A stretch of 64,000 nucleotides of DNA, taken from Leucoraja ocellata. Its lineage: Eukaryota. Both the position numbers and the translations under genes were made by a program. Location: the NCBI GenBank assembly GCA_036785375.1, contig JAWMAR010001838.1, positions 1-64,000 on the forward strand. The letters run 5' to 3'. Of the stretch, positions 26,874-40,289 are shown one piece after another (the first letter of the stretch is position 1; each line of letters begins with the position of its first letter). Below the pieces are notes generated by a model, which made no database searches, was not told the DNA's origin, and was given only the letters and a program-made list of their open reading frames with translations.

Positions 26874-27275
26874 TTCTAGCCTCAACCCCACGCACCATGG
26901 TAGATCAACGCTTACAAAAATAATCCGCTCTGTGATATTTGGCAGTGACTCCAAGCTGCTGCCATCCAATCACACAGGGTTTTATTTTATAGCCAGGAAA
27001 GTCCAAAAGCGGCGAAGGAAAATTAAAAATGCCCCCACTCTCCCGTCTCCCCCGGCCAATGATGTGATAAAGATGGGGGTCTTGACCAATCGCTGACAAT
27101 GTTTCGGACAAATCACGTCCACAGAGACGTCATGTCCGTTCGGCGGCTTTTCGATGTCATGTCCATTCTGCGTATAGTCCTTTTGGCATGGAGTCCGTTC
27201 GGGTTCCTACCCTTTAGGCGTCGTGTCCGTTCGGTTATTTGGCTTTTAGGCGTCGTGTCCGTTTGGTATCTTGGC
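25836..27275. mobile_element. Foldback-like element with about 300-bp modular inverted arms
   Basis: 25836-26117 is the imperfect reverse complement of 26967-27275. Confidence 0.75.
26808..26871. repeat. (GA)n microsatellite
   Basis: Read directly. Confidence 0.95.
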
Positions 27276-29771
27276 TTCCATTTCTTTCCTTCAGCTTCTC
27301 ATCCTTCGACCGGGTACCTTCAATGGCTCCATGTCCCAACAGAGCTAGTGAGATAACTGAAGAATTCTGTGTAAATTGCCGAGTGTCATCAGGACAGTTG
27401 TCCTTATTCAGTTTAGGTAACTTAAATCTGCCTTGAACTTGGAAAGTGTGTAAAATGATGGCACATCTATATGGGTACAATAAGTCATCAGGGAAGTGAT
27501 ATGTGAATTCTGACGTGGTTACAGTTCTAAGTACAATGCCAGGCAATGTTCTGCACATGGAGCACAGTGTTGTCAAATTGGTCCCTTTATCTTCATATTA
27601 GAGGGCAAAGGAAGTCCTCAAACAAAGTTACTAGAAATGCTGTAATTCTGAAATGAAACTAGAAAATATTCAGCATGTCAAGCAACATCATTAGATAGAA
27701 AAGCAGGGCTAATATTTTCAACCTAATGATGAATGTCACTGACCTGAGACATTGACTCTGTTGCTCTGCTAAGTATTTTGAGCATTTTCTGTTTTTTAAT
27801 CTATGAATGAATCCAAACAATTTTTGTATGGAATTTGTGTTGTCGACGATTAGGCAATCTTATTGAACCTTGATTATCATTCTTTACTGTTGTGAAACAG
27901 ACATCATGTTAATTTTGGCAATATTCTATATCAGCAGGCTTAGAGTAAGTAGTGGCTTTGCCATCTGTCTCCTTTTAACTGTCCATCTAAATTTACCACC
28001 CTTATCTTTCCCACCTCCCTAATTCATGCAGAGTTAAATCCATATACCCAGGACATGTTTGTTTCATGCACAAGCATTTATAACAACAAGCAATGGAATC
28101 AGATTTACAGAGAATTTATTTACCCTGAAAAATCAGTTTTCTTGCTGACAATTAATTGTTGGTTGATTGCAGCAGAGTGTGTGTGTGTGACGATTCTAAC
28201 AGCTTGTAAAATTCCCACTACTGGCAATGCCAAGGTGCATAATCAAGGATCAAAGAATCCAAGCAGCCAGAAGAATAGGTGGCAGGGTGGGTGGTGTTTA
28301 GCTCCTTGTCATTTCAGCTCCAGCACAGGGTGAACTAAATAGAGGATCAAGAAGAAAAATGAAAAGCACAGGATGCAGCATAACGAAGGTCAGGCCACGG
28401 AGAACACTGATTTCTTTTGAGGTAAAACAGTGACAGATTGCAGACCAACTGGAACAAAATAAGGCTATTTTATTTTAATAATTAGGCAGACAGAAGCACC
28501 GCCGACATTTTCACACACATCGCTGAAAATAAGTAATCTCAACAGGTCTAGGAAAATCATTAAGATCTTTACAGAAGACTTAACTGAGATGTGTGTCCAA
28601 TTGTGGCGTTGAAATCTTCAATAATGTGAAAGGAAATTCTTCGAGGAGAAGGAAACATTCTGTCACCTAACATCAAATACAAATGATTCAAAGAGAGTTT
28701 GAAATTCAATGTAAGGCTCTCATGGGAATGATTCTTCCTGAGCAGGGAAAACAAACGGAAGCACATTCGCTATTTCACGATGCCACATTTTATCACGATT
28801 TGTCTAAATCTACATATGATGCGAAGTTAAAAAGTAGAAGAATAAAGACAATCTGGAAATGATTATGAGGGCTATTTTACTGAAATACTGAACAGACCAT
28901 TAATATATTCTCTGCAAGTTTCGAAAGGATTTGTTTTACCAACAGGTCAGTGGTTAGACTTCAAAGATTACTGTAAATCCAGAAAGGAAATCCATGTTAA
29001 TCCGAATTAAGTTATTTCGATCAGTTGGGCCAGGAAATAGTCTCGCTTGCTTGTGGCTTGGATAAGGTCAGGTCTATTTTTCAGTATCAGTTCTCTTTTT
29101 AAAGCCTGGATTCAAACTCTTAGTGGGTGGAACATGGAAGCAGAAATTATCTTTTTTTCCTGTTCAATTTGTGAAAAATGATAAATAGCTTTTGTCACAT
29201 TAAAAAAAAAAGTAGTTCAGTACAGCAGCATGATGTAATTTTTCCTTTCAAATTCACTGGAAAAATGTGCTAGATAGTTGAAATATGGAACATGTTTTGA
29301 TAATGACTGGTATCCGTGTTCCGTCAAACTTAATAGTAATGAACTCTTTGCCGTGCATTTATTGTCTGCAGAATTGAGGCCAGTCTGCCTTGATTATATA
29401 TTACAAAATGCAGTTTATAATAATCCAAGTGTCAAGCTGATTGTGGTGAATTTCCTGTAGATTTGCACTTTTTACTCCTCTCCTTGTGCGAGAGTGTTCA
29501 CTGTCTTAAACAATATCATCGTTCCACAGACCCAGCATTCTCATGCTCATACCGTGTGGCCCAGAAATTGGAAGTATTTTTCAGTGCCAAAGGAGTCCTC
29601 AGAATTCCAATATGATGTGCAAAACACCTGCTTGGGGGCCAATGATATATTGCCATATTGGTGAAGGAGTCAGTGCATAAACAGTGAACATCATGTCCAC
29701 TGATTAAAGCCAGGATCTTTTACTCTGGAGTCTGCGTTTCTAGCTAGATCTCCTAACTTCTGACAACTGAA

Positions 29772-30565
29772 TGAATAATAATATTAATAATAATATATTT
29801 TTTTGTCATTGCACATATGTGCAACGAGATTTGGGTATGCAACTTCTATCCGATGTCATAACTTAAATAACTAATACATTTAGTTTAAATACCCCGAGAA
29901 ACAGGATTTATAACAAGAACTGTAAAACAGTCAAAACAGTATAAAGTGCAAATATGTCTGTGCCGGGTCGATGTGTGACGTGACCATCCGAGGGAGACAG
30001 TCCATGGGGGTGGGGGGCACTCAGCAGGGCCGGTTCAGAGCCGCTATAGCTCTGGGGATGAAGCTGTTCCTTAGTCTGGAGGTGCGGGTGTAGAAGGCCT
30101 TGTAACGTCTGCCGGAGGGAAGTAGTTCGAACAGTCCATTACAGGGGTGTGAGGAGTCTTTGTGAATGCTGACGGCCTTCCTGAGGCACCGTGTGTGGTA
30201 GATGCCCTCCAAGGCTGGTAGCTGTGCCCCAATAATCCTCTGCGCTCTGTGGACGACGCGCTGAAGAGCTCTCCTCTCCGCCTCCGTGCAGCTGAGATAC
30301 CACACAGAGATGCCATACGTTAATATGCTCTCTGTGGTGCAGCGGTAGAATGTTGTCAGCAGCTGTTGGGGCAGACCAGTCTTTTTTAATGTTCTCAGGA
30401 AGAACAGTCGTTGCTGTGCCTTCTTGACCAGCGCAGCGGTGTTGGTAGACCATGTGAGGTCCTCTGAGATGTGAGTGCCCTGAAACCTAAAGCTGGACAC
30501 TCTCTCCACACTGTCCCCGTAGATGGAGATTGGTGCGTATTCCCCATTATGTGTCCTCCTGAAGC
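29772..30565 (-). mobile_element. Rex1/Babar LINE 3' fragment
   Basis: VERVSSFRF.GTHISEDLTW..KKAQQRLFFLR..LLPSGRRY..RLRNSF (30021..); (tta)n tail. Confidence 0.92.
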
Positions 30566-30782
30566 ACCAGCGATCATCTTTACTTACATTATGGATGATG
30601 TATTCTGATGGTTGCCATAATTCTACAAGTCTTTGGTGCTTCACTCAGTTATTTCTCAAGGTCTATTTCTAGTAATGTTTAAAGGGTTATGTGTGCCAGG
30701 TCATTTAAAGGCTACAAAACAAATCAATTACTCCCAAAATGATTCATAACTAGAGTTCAGTTTAGTTTATTGTCACCTGTAG

Positions 30783-31097
30783 GTATGAGTTCATTCAATT
30801 GCTCTCCCGAGTTTAAAAAAAAATAGAACTCGTGGTAAGCACGTAGAATGAACGTAGCGGGTGCGTCGGAGTTCGGGGACGTATCTTAGCGGCTCCTAAC
30901 GCTAACGACAGGTACTCAGGAAAACTCGCTAATGGCAGGTACGCTTGGGAAGACTCGTGAAGAATTTTCTACATGTTGACAAATGTCCACGAGAGCCCCG
31001 AGTACTGACGAGCGGCCATTACCTTAAATCTCCTAGTTCGAATCAGGGCAAACTCGGGGAGAACTCATGAATGAACTCGTACAGTGGGACAGGGCTT
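30783..31097. mobile_element. Harbinger-like MITE with eroded left tip
   Basis: gtatgagttcattca..tctcccgagttt is inverted to aaactcggggagaactcatgaatgaactcgtac; ends gtgggacagggct. Confidence 0.7.
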
Positions 31098-31304
31098 TAA
31101 CCGGTCAGCAGAAAGATAATACATGATTCAAAACAATCCATTTACAGTGTATAGATACACGATAAGGGGATAATGTTTAGTGCAAGGTAAAGCTAGCAAA
31201 GTCCAAGGGTCACCAAAGAGGTATATTGTATGGTGGCTGGGAAGGGATGATCAGACCAGTAAATCGAATGGCCTCCTCCTGCACCTAGTTTCTATGTTTC
31301 TATG

Positions 31305-32060
31305 TTACTGGTGGTGGTATCCTGTTGGAGCTGACATAAATGGTGAAGGATGCTCTGCTGGATGCAGAGACCAGTGTGGAGAAGGGGAGGATGAAGGGAA
31401 CTCTATGTCTGTTCTGCTTGGTGAGAGGGGGTGAGGTTGGTGAGAGTAGTGATTTGGGGACTGGAGGAAATGCATTTCAGGCCATTATCAACTTCAGCGG
31501 AAAGAAGGAGTATATTTCAGAAGTCCTAGAGTAGAAAGCCTCATCTTGAGAATAGATGTGGAGTAGACAGTACAATTCAAGGATGGGGAGAGTGCCTGTA
31601 TGGAAGATAATGTTGGAAGAGGTGTCGTCATGATTGTTGTGAGAGTCCATAAGCTTATGATAGATATCAGGGTTCGGCTCATGAGATTAAGATCCTGAAA
31701 AACAAGGCAAGTTTCAGACGTTTTCCAGATGAACTGAGGGCTGGGTGGATCATGCTGGCAAAGGTAAAAGCAACGTACAAATTCCACACAAGTGCAGGAA
31801 GCTGCATCAAAGCTGTCATTAATGTAGTGGAGAAAGAGTTGGGGAAGAGTGCCAGAGTAGCTTTGGAACAAGAATTGCTCCATGTAGTCAACAATAGACA
31901 AGCATGGCTGGGGCATATTCAAATGCCCATGGCTACACCTTTGATTGAAGAAAATGGGAGGAATTGAGAGTGAGTTGAGAGTCGAGAAGATATTGAGAGT
32001 GAACATATTCTGCCTGGTGGATGAGAGTGTTGGTGGAAGAGAACTGGTTAGGTCTTAGTT
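31305..32060 (-). pseudogene. Penelope-like RT remnant
   Basis: Minus strand encodes QIKGVAMG (about 31925-31947) and a decayed YIDD context (LFLHYIND, ORF 31494..32006). Confidence 0.7.
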
Positions 32061-32231
32061 CCAGAAACAAGCTTTTATGTGCCAATCCATGTGCCTATTT
32101 AAAAATGTTTGAAATGTCACTATTCTATTTGCTCTGACCCACAACCTGGCAGCAAGTTCCAGGCTTCCACCCTTCCCTAGTGCAAAACCCCTACACATTT
32201 CCTTTAAACTTTCCCCACCACCTTAAAGCTA

Positions 32232-32831
32232 TGTGCCTGTTCCACTTGGGCATCATTTGCGCATCACTTATACGACAGGCCGGTTGTGACTGACGCGTGA
32301 AAATCACCTAGCAGTACGACAGTCACACGCCAAGTGCTGTTGAGGGCCCTGCTTCTTTGGGGAGCCATTTGCGATGTCATTCGTACTTAGTCCGATCTCC
32401 GTGGCAAGGATTTTCCCAGTGAAAAATGTTCAAAACTTTATACCCAGGTGGTCAGGTGGTGCGGTGCTCAAATGACGTGTAAATGGTGCGTCGACAGCAT
32501 ACGGGTGACGCGTGGTTACGGACGTTGACGCACGGTGACGCATAATAAATTAGCATAGGCAATGCTCGTGCGTCACCGTGCGTAACCATGCGTCACCATG
32601 CGCCACACGTACGCTGTCAGTACGTCAGCGTATGCCATCAGTACGTCAGCGTGCGCAAGGGATACGTCACGCAGGTGGCGCGCAAGGATTTTGAACATCC
32701 CAAAATCCTGGGGCGCTGCGCATTACCGCGTGTCACTGCATCTGCCACCACGCGCGCGTAACAATGCGCCAACCAATTTTTAGGATGTTGCGTAAATGAT
32801 GCACAAATGATGCCCAAGTGGGACACGCCCT
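32232..32831. mobile_element. Harbinger-like MITE, CpG-rich
   Basis: TIRs gcctgttccacttgggcatcatttgcgcatca / tgatgcacaaatgatgcccaagtgggacacgccct. Confidence 0.8.
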
Positions 32832-35424
32832 GTACCGTTTAGTCTCTACAACACTCTACAATACTCCCCAGAACCCTGCCATTCAATGTGAAAGTCATGA
32901 TTTGACTTCCAATAATGCAACAGAAGCCAATGAACCTACAAACCTGTACGTCTTTGGCGTGTGGAAGGAAACCAGCCCACCCATAGAAAACACATGCACT
33001 CATAGGGAGTTTGTACAAACTCTGGCCTTTATAACAGAGCTCAAATATGTTGTAGGTGAAAGGTGAACCCCACTCCATTCAAAACATTCCCAGCACAGAT
33101 TCACTTCCTGCATCTCTAAGATCAGCTGTTTCAGCAAAATACAGCTCCCCAACACAAGGCAAAATCAGAAAATACCCGAAATATTCATCAAGCCAGATGG
33201 CAACCGAGTGTAGATGCTACAGATTAACAATATCCGTTATTTATTTGTTCCTTTCTGTTCCTCTCTAATAAGCCTATATTGACTTTTGCAGTGCAGCTTA
33301 GCTTGACCGAGTTGAATGGCCACCCAATGAATGGTAAAGTTCATGCTAGCGAGACTTGGAAATCGTTCAAATGGCACCAGCACTGCAATCAGTGGGTGCG
33401 AGCTCATCATGCATTGAGATCCTGTGACTTTTTCAGGGCCTTTCATATTTAATTTCTATAATTCCAGTGTCATCATCTAGTTGTAAACTCTGCCTGCCCG
33501 CCCGCCTTACAATTCTGACTGCCCATCTATTTGGCTCCACGTTGACTCTACTCCAAAAATTAACCTATATCTGTAAACTACAGGGAAACAGGAAAACAAT
33601 GTGTTAATTTTCAACATATTGAACATTATGTAAGTTATTTATCTGGTTGCCAGAAAGGCTTGAGGCTAAGTCATCATTTTCAATAACTGCATGGGGGGCG
33701 TTGGCATGATAGAGGTATGACAGAAGGAAATATTGTTTGTTGGCAAATATACCATCCTCACATTTGAAACTGTGATACACTGATTGAGAACATGACTACA
33801 CACGATGAGATCTGCTGTGGTTGTCAAATCCAAATGTAGGATCGATCTGCAACAAATTGGAATATTTTTTTTAATAGTTTTTCACAAACTCTGACCTGGA
33901 CGTTCCATTTCAAAATGTCAATGTGGCCATTTGTTACACTTACAAATTAGCATAAGCAGTCATATCAGGATTCATAATGGTAGAATTGTTAGAGGAAAAC
34001 AGATTTACTCGCAGCCCACCTTATTCCACCCTCTTACCGCTCACGTTATTTGTCTGTTTTAATAAGACAGTACCTCCAATGGCTTCAATTTGCAAATTAA
34101 AAGTAATTTTATAAGTATATCGCAACAAAATATTCTGTGTGATGCAGTAGAAAATTAATTTACAATAAATATTTAAAAAACATTATAGTAATTATAAAAT
34201 GTGAGAATCATATTGTCAGCAAATTCTAATGTACAAATCTTGCCCTTTCAACACTGAGAAGCATGTGGCATGAAAAACCTTTGTAGTTTTGTGTCTCAGA
34301 ATTTTAAATTACTTGGAATGTGTATTTTTTGTATTGTGATAATCATAGAGATCTTAACTGGCAGAACACTTCAGCTAACACATGACTGGAATCCTGCCTG
34401 CTGGAAGCACATACTTTTTACCTTTCCTTCTTACCCATTCCTGTCAGAAGGTAGCTATGGGATCCAACTATGCTCTATTGTCCACTTTGTTTCCAAATTT
34501 GAAGGTGATTGTAGCATATGTGTCAATTGCATTATTGGTGATGTACTCTTTTAAGGTGCGCTCTAATCTTAATACAGTACATTGTATTGAACAGAAGCTT
34601 CCATACATTTGTTTGTTCATGTGAAGTGAGCACTCAGTAGAAATGTTGCCCTTATTCTCTCCTCATTGTTTAATGAATTAAAGACATTTCCAGCAATCTT
34701 TAAATGGGATTGAGAAAGACATTGGGTCATTCGTGACATTAAAGTTGGCCCATTAGGTTTATTCAATTTATTTTCTCCAATTTAGTTGAGTAGTTTAGTC
34801 CCACACTTCCATGTGATTCACAGACCTATCTACATTCCTATTTTACAAACAAATTTACCATGCAACAATACTACCACTTTAAATCATCATGTATTGTAAC
34901 TAGATTTTAAATATCCATATTATTTAGTTCATATTTTAATATTGCCATAGGATTTGTGGGGGACTTTTTTTACAATCTAACTATTCTGTGCAAAGATATT
35001 TCCCATCTTTCCCATTGATTATTTTTATGTTCAACTTAAATTCATGCCCTTTGGTTACTGTTCTGCTGAGCAGTGGAAATAATTTATTACTTTTTGCTTT
35101 ATTATTAATTTTCATCATCCCGGAGGTAGCTTTCCGGCATATCTAAGCCATGTCAGCAATAATTATTATAGTCAGGAGTCAAATGTATTTAATTATCATA
35201 TGCACCAGAAACAGAACAATGACATTCTTACTTGCGACACCTTTACTGGTATATTAATGCAGCAACACAACAAATATGCAATAATCAATAATGCAAAAGA
35301 TTATCAGTAATAATACGTAACCAGACCATGATCCAAACTGAAGTATGTAGTGCAACCTAAACTGATTCCATAGTACATCACTGTAGTCCCTATTTGGGTT
35401 GTGCAGTGTGGTTCAAGAGCCTGA

Positions 35425-35955
35425 TAGAAACATAGAAACATAGAAACTAGGTGCAGGAGGAGGCCATTCGGCCCTTCGAGCCAGCACCACCATTCATTGT
35501 GATCATGGCTGATCGTCCCCTATCAATAACCCGTGCCTGCCTTCTCCCCATATCCCTTGACTCCACTAGCCCCTAGAGCTCTATCTAACTCTCTCTTAAA
35601 TGCATCCAGTGACTTGGCCTCCACTGCCCTCTGTGGCAGGGAATTCCATAAATTCACAACTCTCTGGGTGAAAAGTTTTTTCTCACCTCAGTCTTAAATG
35701 ACCTCCCCTTTATTCTAAGACTGTGGCTCCTGGTTCTAGACTCGCCCAACATTGGGAACACTTTTCCTGCATCTAGCTTGTCCAGTCCTTTTATAATTTT
35801 ATATGTTTCTATAAGATATCCCCTCATCCTTTTAAACTACAGTGAATACAAGCCTAGTCTTTTCAATCTTTCCTCATATGACAGTCTCGCCATCCCAGGG
35901 ATCAATCTCGTGAACCTACGCTGCACTGCCTCAATCACAAGGATGTCCTTCCTGA
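35425..35955 (-). mobile_element. CR1/HER1 3' fragment inside an older Rex1-like remnant (about 35175-36168)
   Basis: (catagaaa)n tail; gccatcccagggatcaatctcgtgaacctacg. Confidence 0.9.
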
Positions 35956-36169
35956 CAGTAGATGGGAAGAAGCTGTTATTGAACCAGGAGTTAACGGTTC
36001 TCAGGCTGTTGTACCATATTCCTGATGGTAGCTGTGAGATACGAAAGTGGCCAAGGCAGCATGTGAATCTTTGATGATACTAGTTGCCTTTTCGAGGCAG
36101 TGTTTCTTATAAATCCCTTCAATAGGGAAAGAATTAACCTGTGAATAACCACGTTATGTCCACCACTTT

Positions 36170-38890
36170 CAAGTCAAGTCAAGTCAAGTCAAGTTTATTT
36201 GTCACATACACATACGAGATGTGCAGTGAAATGAAAGTGGCAATGCTCACGGAACAACAAAACAACCAAACAAATTATAAACACAATCATAATACACATA
36301 TTATTTTACATAATAAATAATAGAAGGAAAAACGTTCTGTACAGTTAGTCCCTGGTGAGAAAGGCGTTTACAGTCCGAATTGCCTCTGGGAAGAAACTCC
36401 TTCTCAACCTCTCCGTTCTCACCGCATGGCAACGGAGGCGTTTGCCTGACCGTAGCGGCTGGAACAGTCCGTTGCAGGGGTGGAAGAGGTCTCTCATGAT
36501 TTTGTTGGCTCTGGAGTTGCACCTCCTGTTGTATAGTTCCTGCAGGGGGGTGAGTGAAGTTCCCATAGTGCGTTCGGCCGAACGCACTACTCTCTGCAGA
36601 GCCTTCTTGTCCTTGGCAGAGCAATTCCCGAACCAGATGGTAATGTTCCCGGACAAGATGCTTTCCACCACCGCTGCGTAGAAGCACTGGAGGATCCTCG
36701 GAGACACTCTGAATTTCCTCAACTGCCTGAGATGGTAAAGGCGCTGCCTTGCCTTACTCACGAGTGCTGAGGCGTGTGATGACCATGTCATATCCTCAGA
36801 GATGTGGACTCCCAGATATTTAAAACAGTTCACCCTATCCACAGGATCCCCATTTATCCTCAATGGAGTGTACGTCCTCGGATGATGTGCCCTCCTAAAG
36901 TCCATGATCAGCTCCTTCGTTTTTTTGATGTTCAAGAGGAGGCTGTTGTCTTGGCACCAGAGTGCTAGATCAGCCACCTCCTCCCGGTAGGCCCTCTCAT
37001 CATTGTCTGAGATCAGGCCCACCACCACAGTGTCATCAGCAAACTTAATTATTGAATTGGAGCTGAACCTAGCCACACAGTCATGTGTGTACAGGGAGTA
37101 CAATAGGGGGCTGAGGACGCAACCCTGGGGCGATCCTGTGCTCAGGGTGAGGGACTTCGATGTATTCCCTCCCATCTTCACTACCTGGGGCCTGGCGGTG
37201 AGAAAGTCCAGGACCCAGGCACACAGGGAGGTGTTGAGCCCCAATTCCAGTAGCTTCCCGGCCAGTCTGGTGGGGACTATCGTGTTGAAGGCTGAACTGT
37301 AGTCTATGAACAGCATCCTCACGTAGCCCCCCTTCTGGCTGTCCAGATGGGAGAGAGCGGTGTGCAAGACCTGGGAGACCGCATCGTCCGTGGACCTGTT
37401 CGGACGGTATGCAAACTGCAACGGGTCCATGTTCCGAGGGAGGAAGGCGCAGATGTGATTCTTCACCAGCCTCTCAAAGCATTTCATGACTACCGAGGTA
37501 AGGGCCACCGGACGGTAGTCATTCAGGCAGGCTGGGGAGGCATTTTTTGATACCGGTACAATGATGGATTTTTTGAAGCAGGCAGGGACCACGGACTTGT
37601 CCAGGGAGAGGTTGAATAATGTAGTGAGCACTGGAGCTAGCTGCGTAGCACAGGACTTGAGTACTCGCCCCGAGATGCCATCGGGGCCTGCAGCTTTTCT
37701 TGTGTTCACCCGTGTCAGTGCCCTCCTCACGTCGTGCTCGGACAGCGAGAATGTGTGCATATTCCTCCCTTCAGCTTCGGTAGCCAGCCCGCTGTCGGTA
37801 TTGTCGATAGTCGGCAGACCTGGAGTGGTGTTGCCCCTCTCAAAACGAGCGTAAAAGGAGTTCAGGTCGTCAGCTAGGGAGGTGCCGGCACATGCGGATG
37901 AGGGAGCGGTGCTTTGGTAGTTGGTTACAATCCGTAGCCCCTGCCACAGGCTTCTGGTGTCCTGCTGCTCCATCTGTAACTCCATCTTGTCCCTGTACCT
38001 TCTCTTTGCGTCCTTCACCACCCTTCGCAGTCGGTAGGACTCTGCCTTGTAGACGTCCATGTTTCCTGATGCCAAGCCCGAGTTGTAGGCAGCGGTACGA
38101 GCATTCAAGGCCACACGAACAGATCTGTCTACCCAGGGTTTTTGGTTCGGAAAGGTGCTTACCCTAATCGTGGGGACGATGTTGTCAGTTACTGTTGCGA
38201 TGAAGTCCATGACTGCTTCCGCGAACTCACTGACGTCACTGGAACTTGCTTCGAACATATTCCAGTCGACATCACTCAGTGCATGTTGCAGCATGGCCTC
38301 TGACTGGTCGGACCACCGCTTTACGTCCCTCGTCTCTACCGCTTCCCGAACTATCCTCTGTTTATACTCCGGCAGCAGGAAAATGGCAGCGTGGTCAGAT
38401 TTTCCTAGGGGAGGGAGTGAAACGGCCTTGTAGCCTTTCCTGAACGGTGTGTAGCAGTGGTCCAAAGTTCTCTCCCCCCTGGTGGCACACGTGATGTGTT
38501 GGTAGAAGTTCGGCATGACCTTCTTGAGATTTGATTTATTAAAATCTCCAGCCACCACCATAGCCGCTTCCGGGTACTTGTTTTGATGTCGACATAGCAC
38601 ATCGTGTAGGGCCGATAGTGCCACGTCGCTGTCCGCCTGCGGTGGAATGTAGGCGGCTGTGACGATCACTGAGCCGAACTCCCGGGGAAGGTAGAATGGA
38701 CGGCATGAGATTGTCAGGTGCTCCAGGTCCGGCGAGCAGGAACGGGAAAGCATCTTGATATTTCCAGGGTTGCACCAGTTGTTATTGGTCATGAAGCAGA
38801 CTCCTCCACCCTTGGATTTCCCAGATGCTTCTGTTCTGTCAGCACGGTGGACAGTGAAGGACTCGGTTGGGCAGATTACCTGATCCGGAA
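36170..38890 (-). mobile_element. Young Rex1/Babar LINE, 5'-truncated within the endonuclease
   Basis: Uninterrupted ORF with 3' UTR and (ttgac)n tail; the host remnant resumes at ctttccgcagcc. Confidence 0.95.
36345..38890 (-). CDS. Rex1/Babar ORF2 (partial APE endonuclease plus RT); the ORF-track start at 38954 lies in flanking DNA
   Basis: GGGVC, AGDFN, TLDHCY, SDH (APE); KAAGPDG, DYRPVALTS, QFAYRP.RST, LFIDYSSAFNT, GSPQGCVLSPLLYSLYT, KFADDT (RT). Confidence 0.93.
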
Positions 38891-40289
38891 CCTTTCCGCA
38901 GCCTTTATGTTTTTGTGAGAATTCTCTGGCATTCTTATAAATGTAACAGTTCACCCTGTTAATCTAGTGATTCTGAGGTGAACCGTTTCCATTTCTCTCA
39001 TGCTTTTACCATAATAGTCTAATTTTATTGAAATGCAGTGAATGGGTGTCACCGACAAGGACAGAGTAATTTACATTTGGTGGTGACCAGTTTCGGAAGC
39101 AAGTCAATCCTTCAAGTGAAGATACTCCCATTGGGCTTATACCTAGCCAGACCTAACGTTTTCAACCAGCAGTGAAGATTGAGTGGTGGGATATTTCCAA
39201 GTCAGAATTGTGTGCTATTTGAAGGCACTTGTAGGTGGTTTTGTTCCCAGGTGACAGCTGCCCTTGCTCATTTTGGTTGCATGTAACTTGAATTTGAATT
39301 TGCACATTAAGGCTTGGCATGTTGTGGCTGTGCATCAGGATACACGTTCTGCAGCCATTTAGTGTGGGTGATGGATGAAATACCATCTTTAGGGTAGCAG
39401 ATATAGCGCCAGGCAAGATGGAAGTGTGTTGAGAAGGTTTCAGGAGATAAGCTATTTGTACCTCATTGTTGTATATCCAACCTCTTGGTCTTCAAGCATA
39501 GTATTTGTGTGTCAGATCCAGTTAAATTTAAGTTGTTGGTGAATCTAAAGATGATATTTTACCCAACATGTTGATAGTGGGGATTTAGTGATGGCAGTGG
39601 AATTGAATGTCAGGGAAAGTTGTTTGGACTAGGTGTGATTGGCGGTGGTCAGTGGCACTGACTTGCGTGGTGTTCATTGTTGTTACTACTTATCAAACCC
39701 CGTCTGAATATTGTAACTGAAATCACACATTAAATTTCCAAATATCTTCATAAAATCCAAACCTAACATTTCATTATCTGCAGGGTTACAGATGGAATCA
39801 TGATGTGGAAATGTATTGATAAAACAGCTAATGATGGTTAATATACAATAACTACAATACATTTTCTTTCTAGCTTACCACTTTGACCACTTTATTGAAT
39901 CTTTTAGCAATTAGGTGTTGCCATTTAAGTTGTATTTCATTATCTTCTTGTTTTATATCAATATCAATATTCACTGATAACCTTCTCTACATGTCTGAGG
40001 ATATTTTTACGACATTCACTGCATAGTCCTGCTTCACCATAGCACTCTTTCATTTTGGACCCTTATTTTAAAAAAAAAAATTGCAAATTTGAACAAGCCG
40101 CCACGAGTGCCTATCTTCGTTGACATTATTGTAGCCAATCAGGATGCATCGCATGTGTGCTCACATCTGGTCGCCAGTTTCCTCTCAATCCTCAGTTGGT
40201 TCAAGCTCTGGCACGAATAGTGCACGCATTCTGGTTGTCTCACAGAATGTGTTATCTTATCTCTACAATCTCCATCCATTGTGCTGCTA

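Noticed and set aside
38891-38954. N-terminus of the 869-aa ORF
   Set aside because: Derived from flanking older repeat sequence; the element is 5'-truncated and lacks the start of the endonuclease
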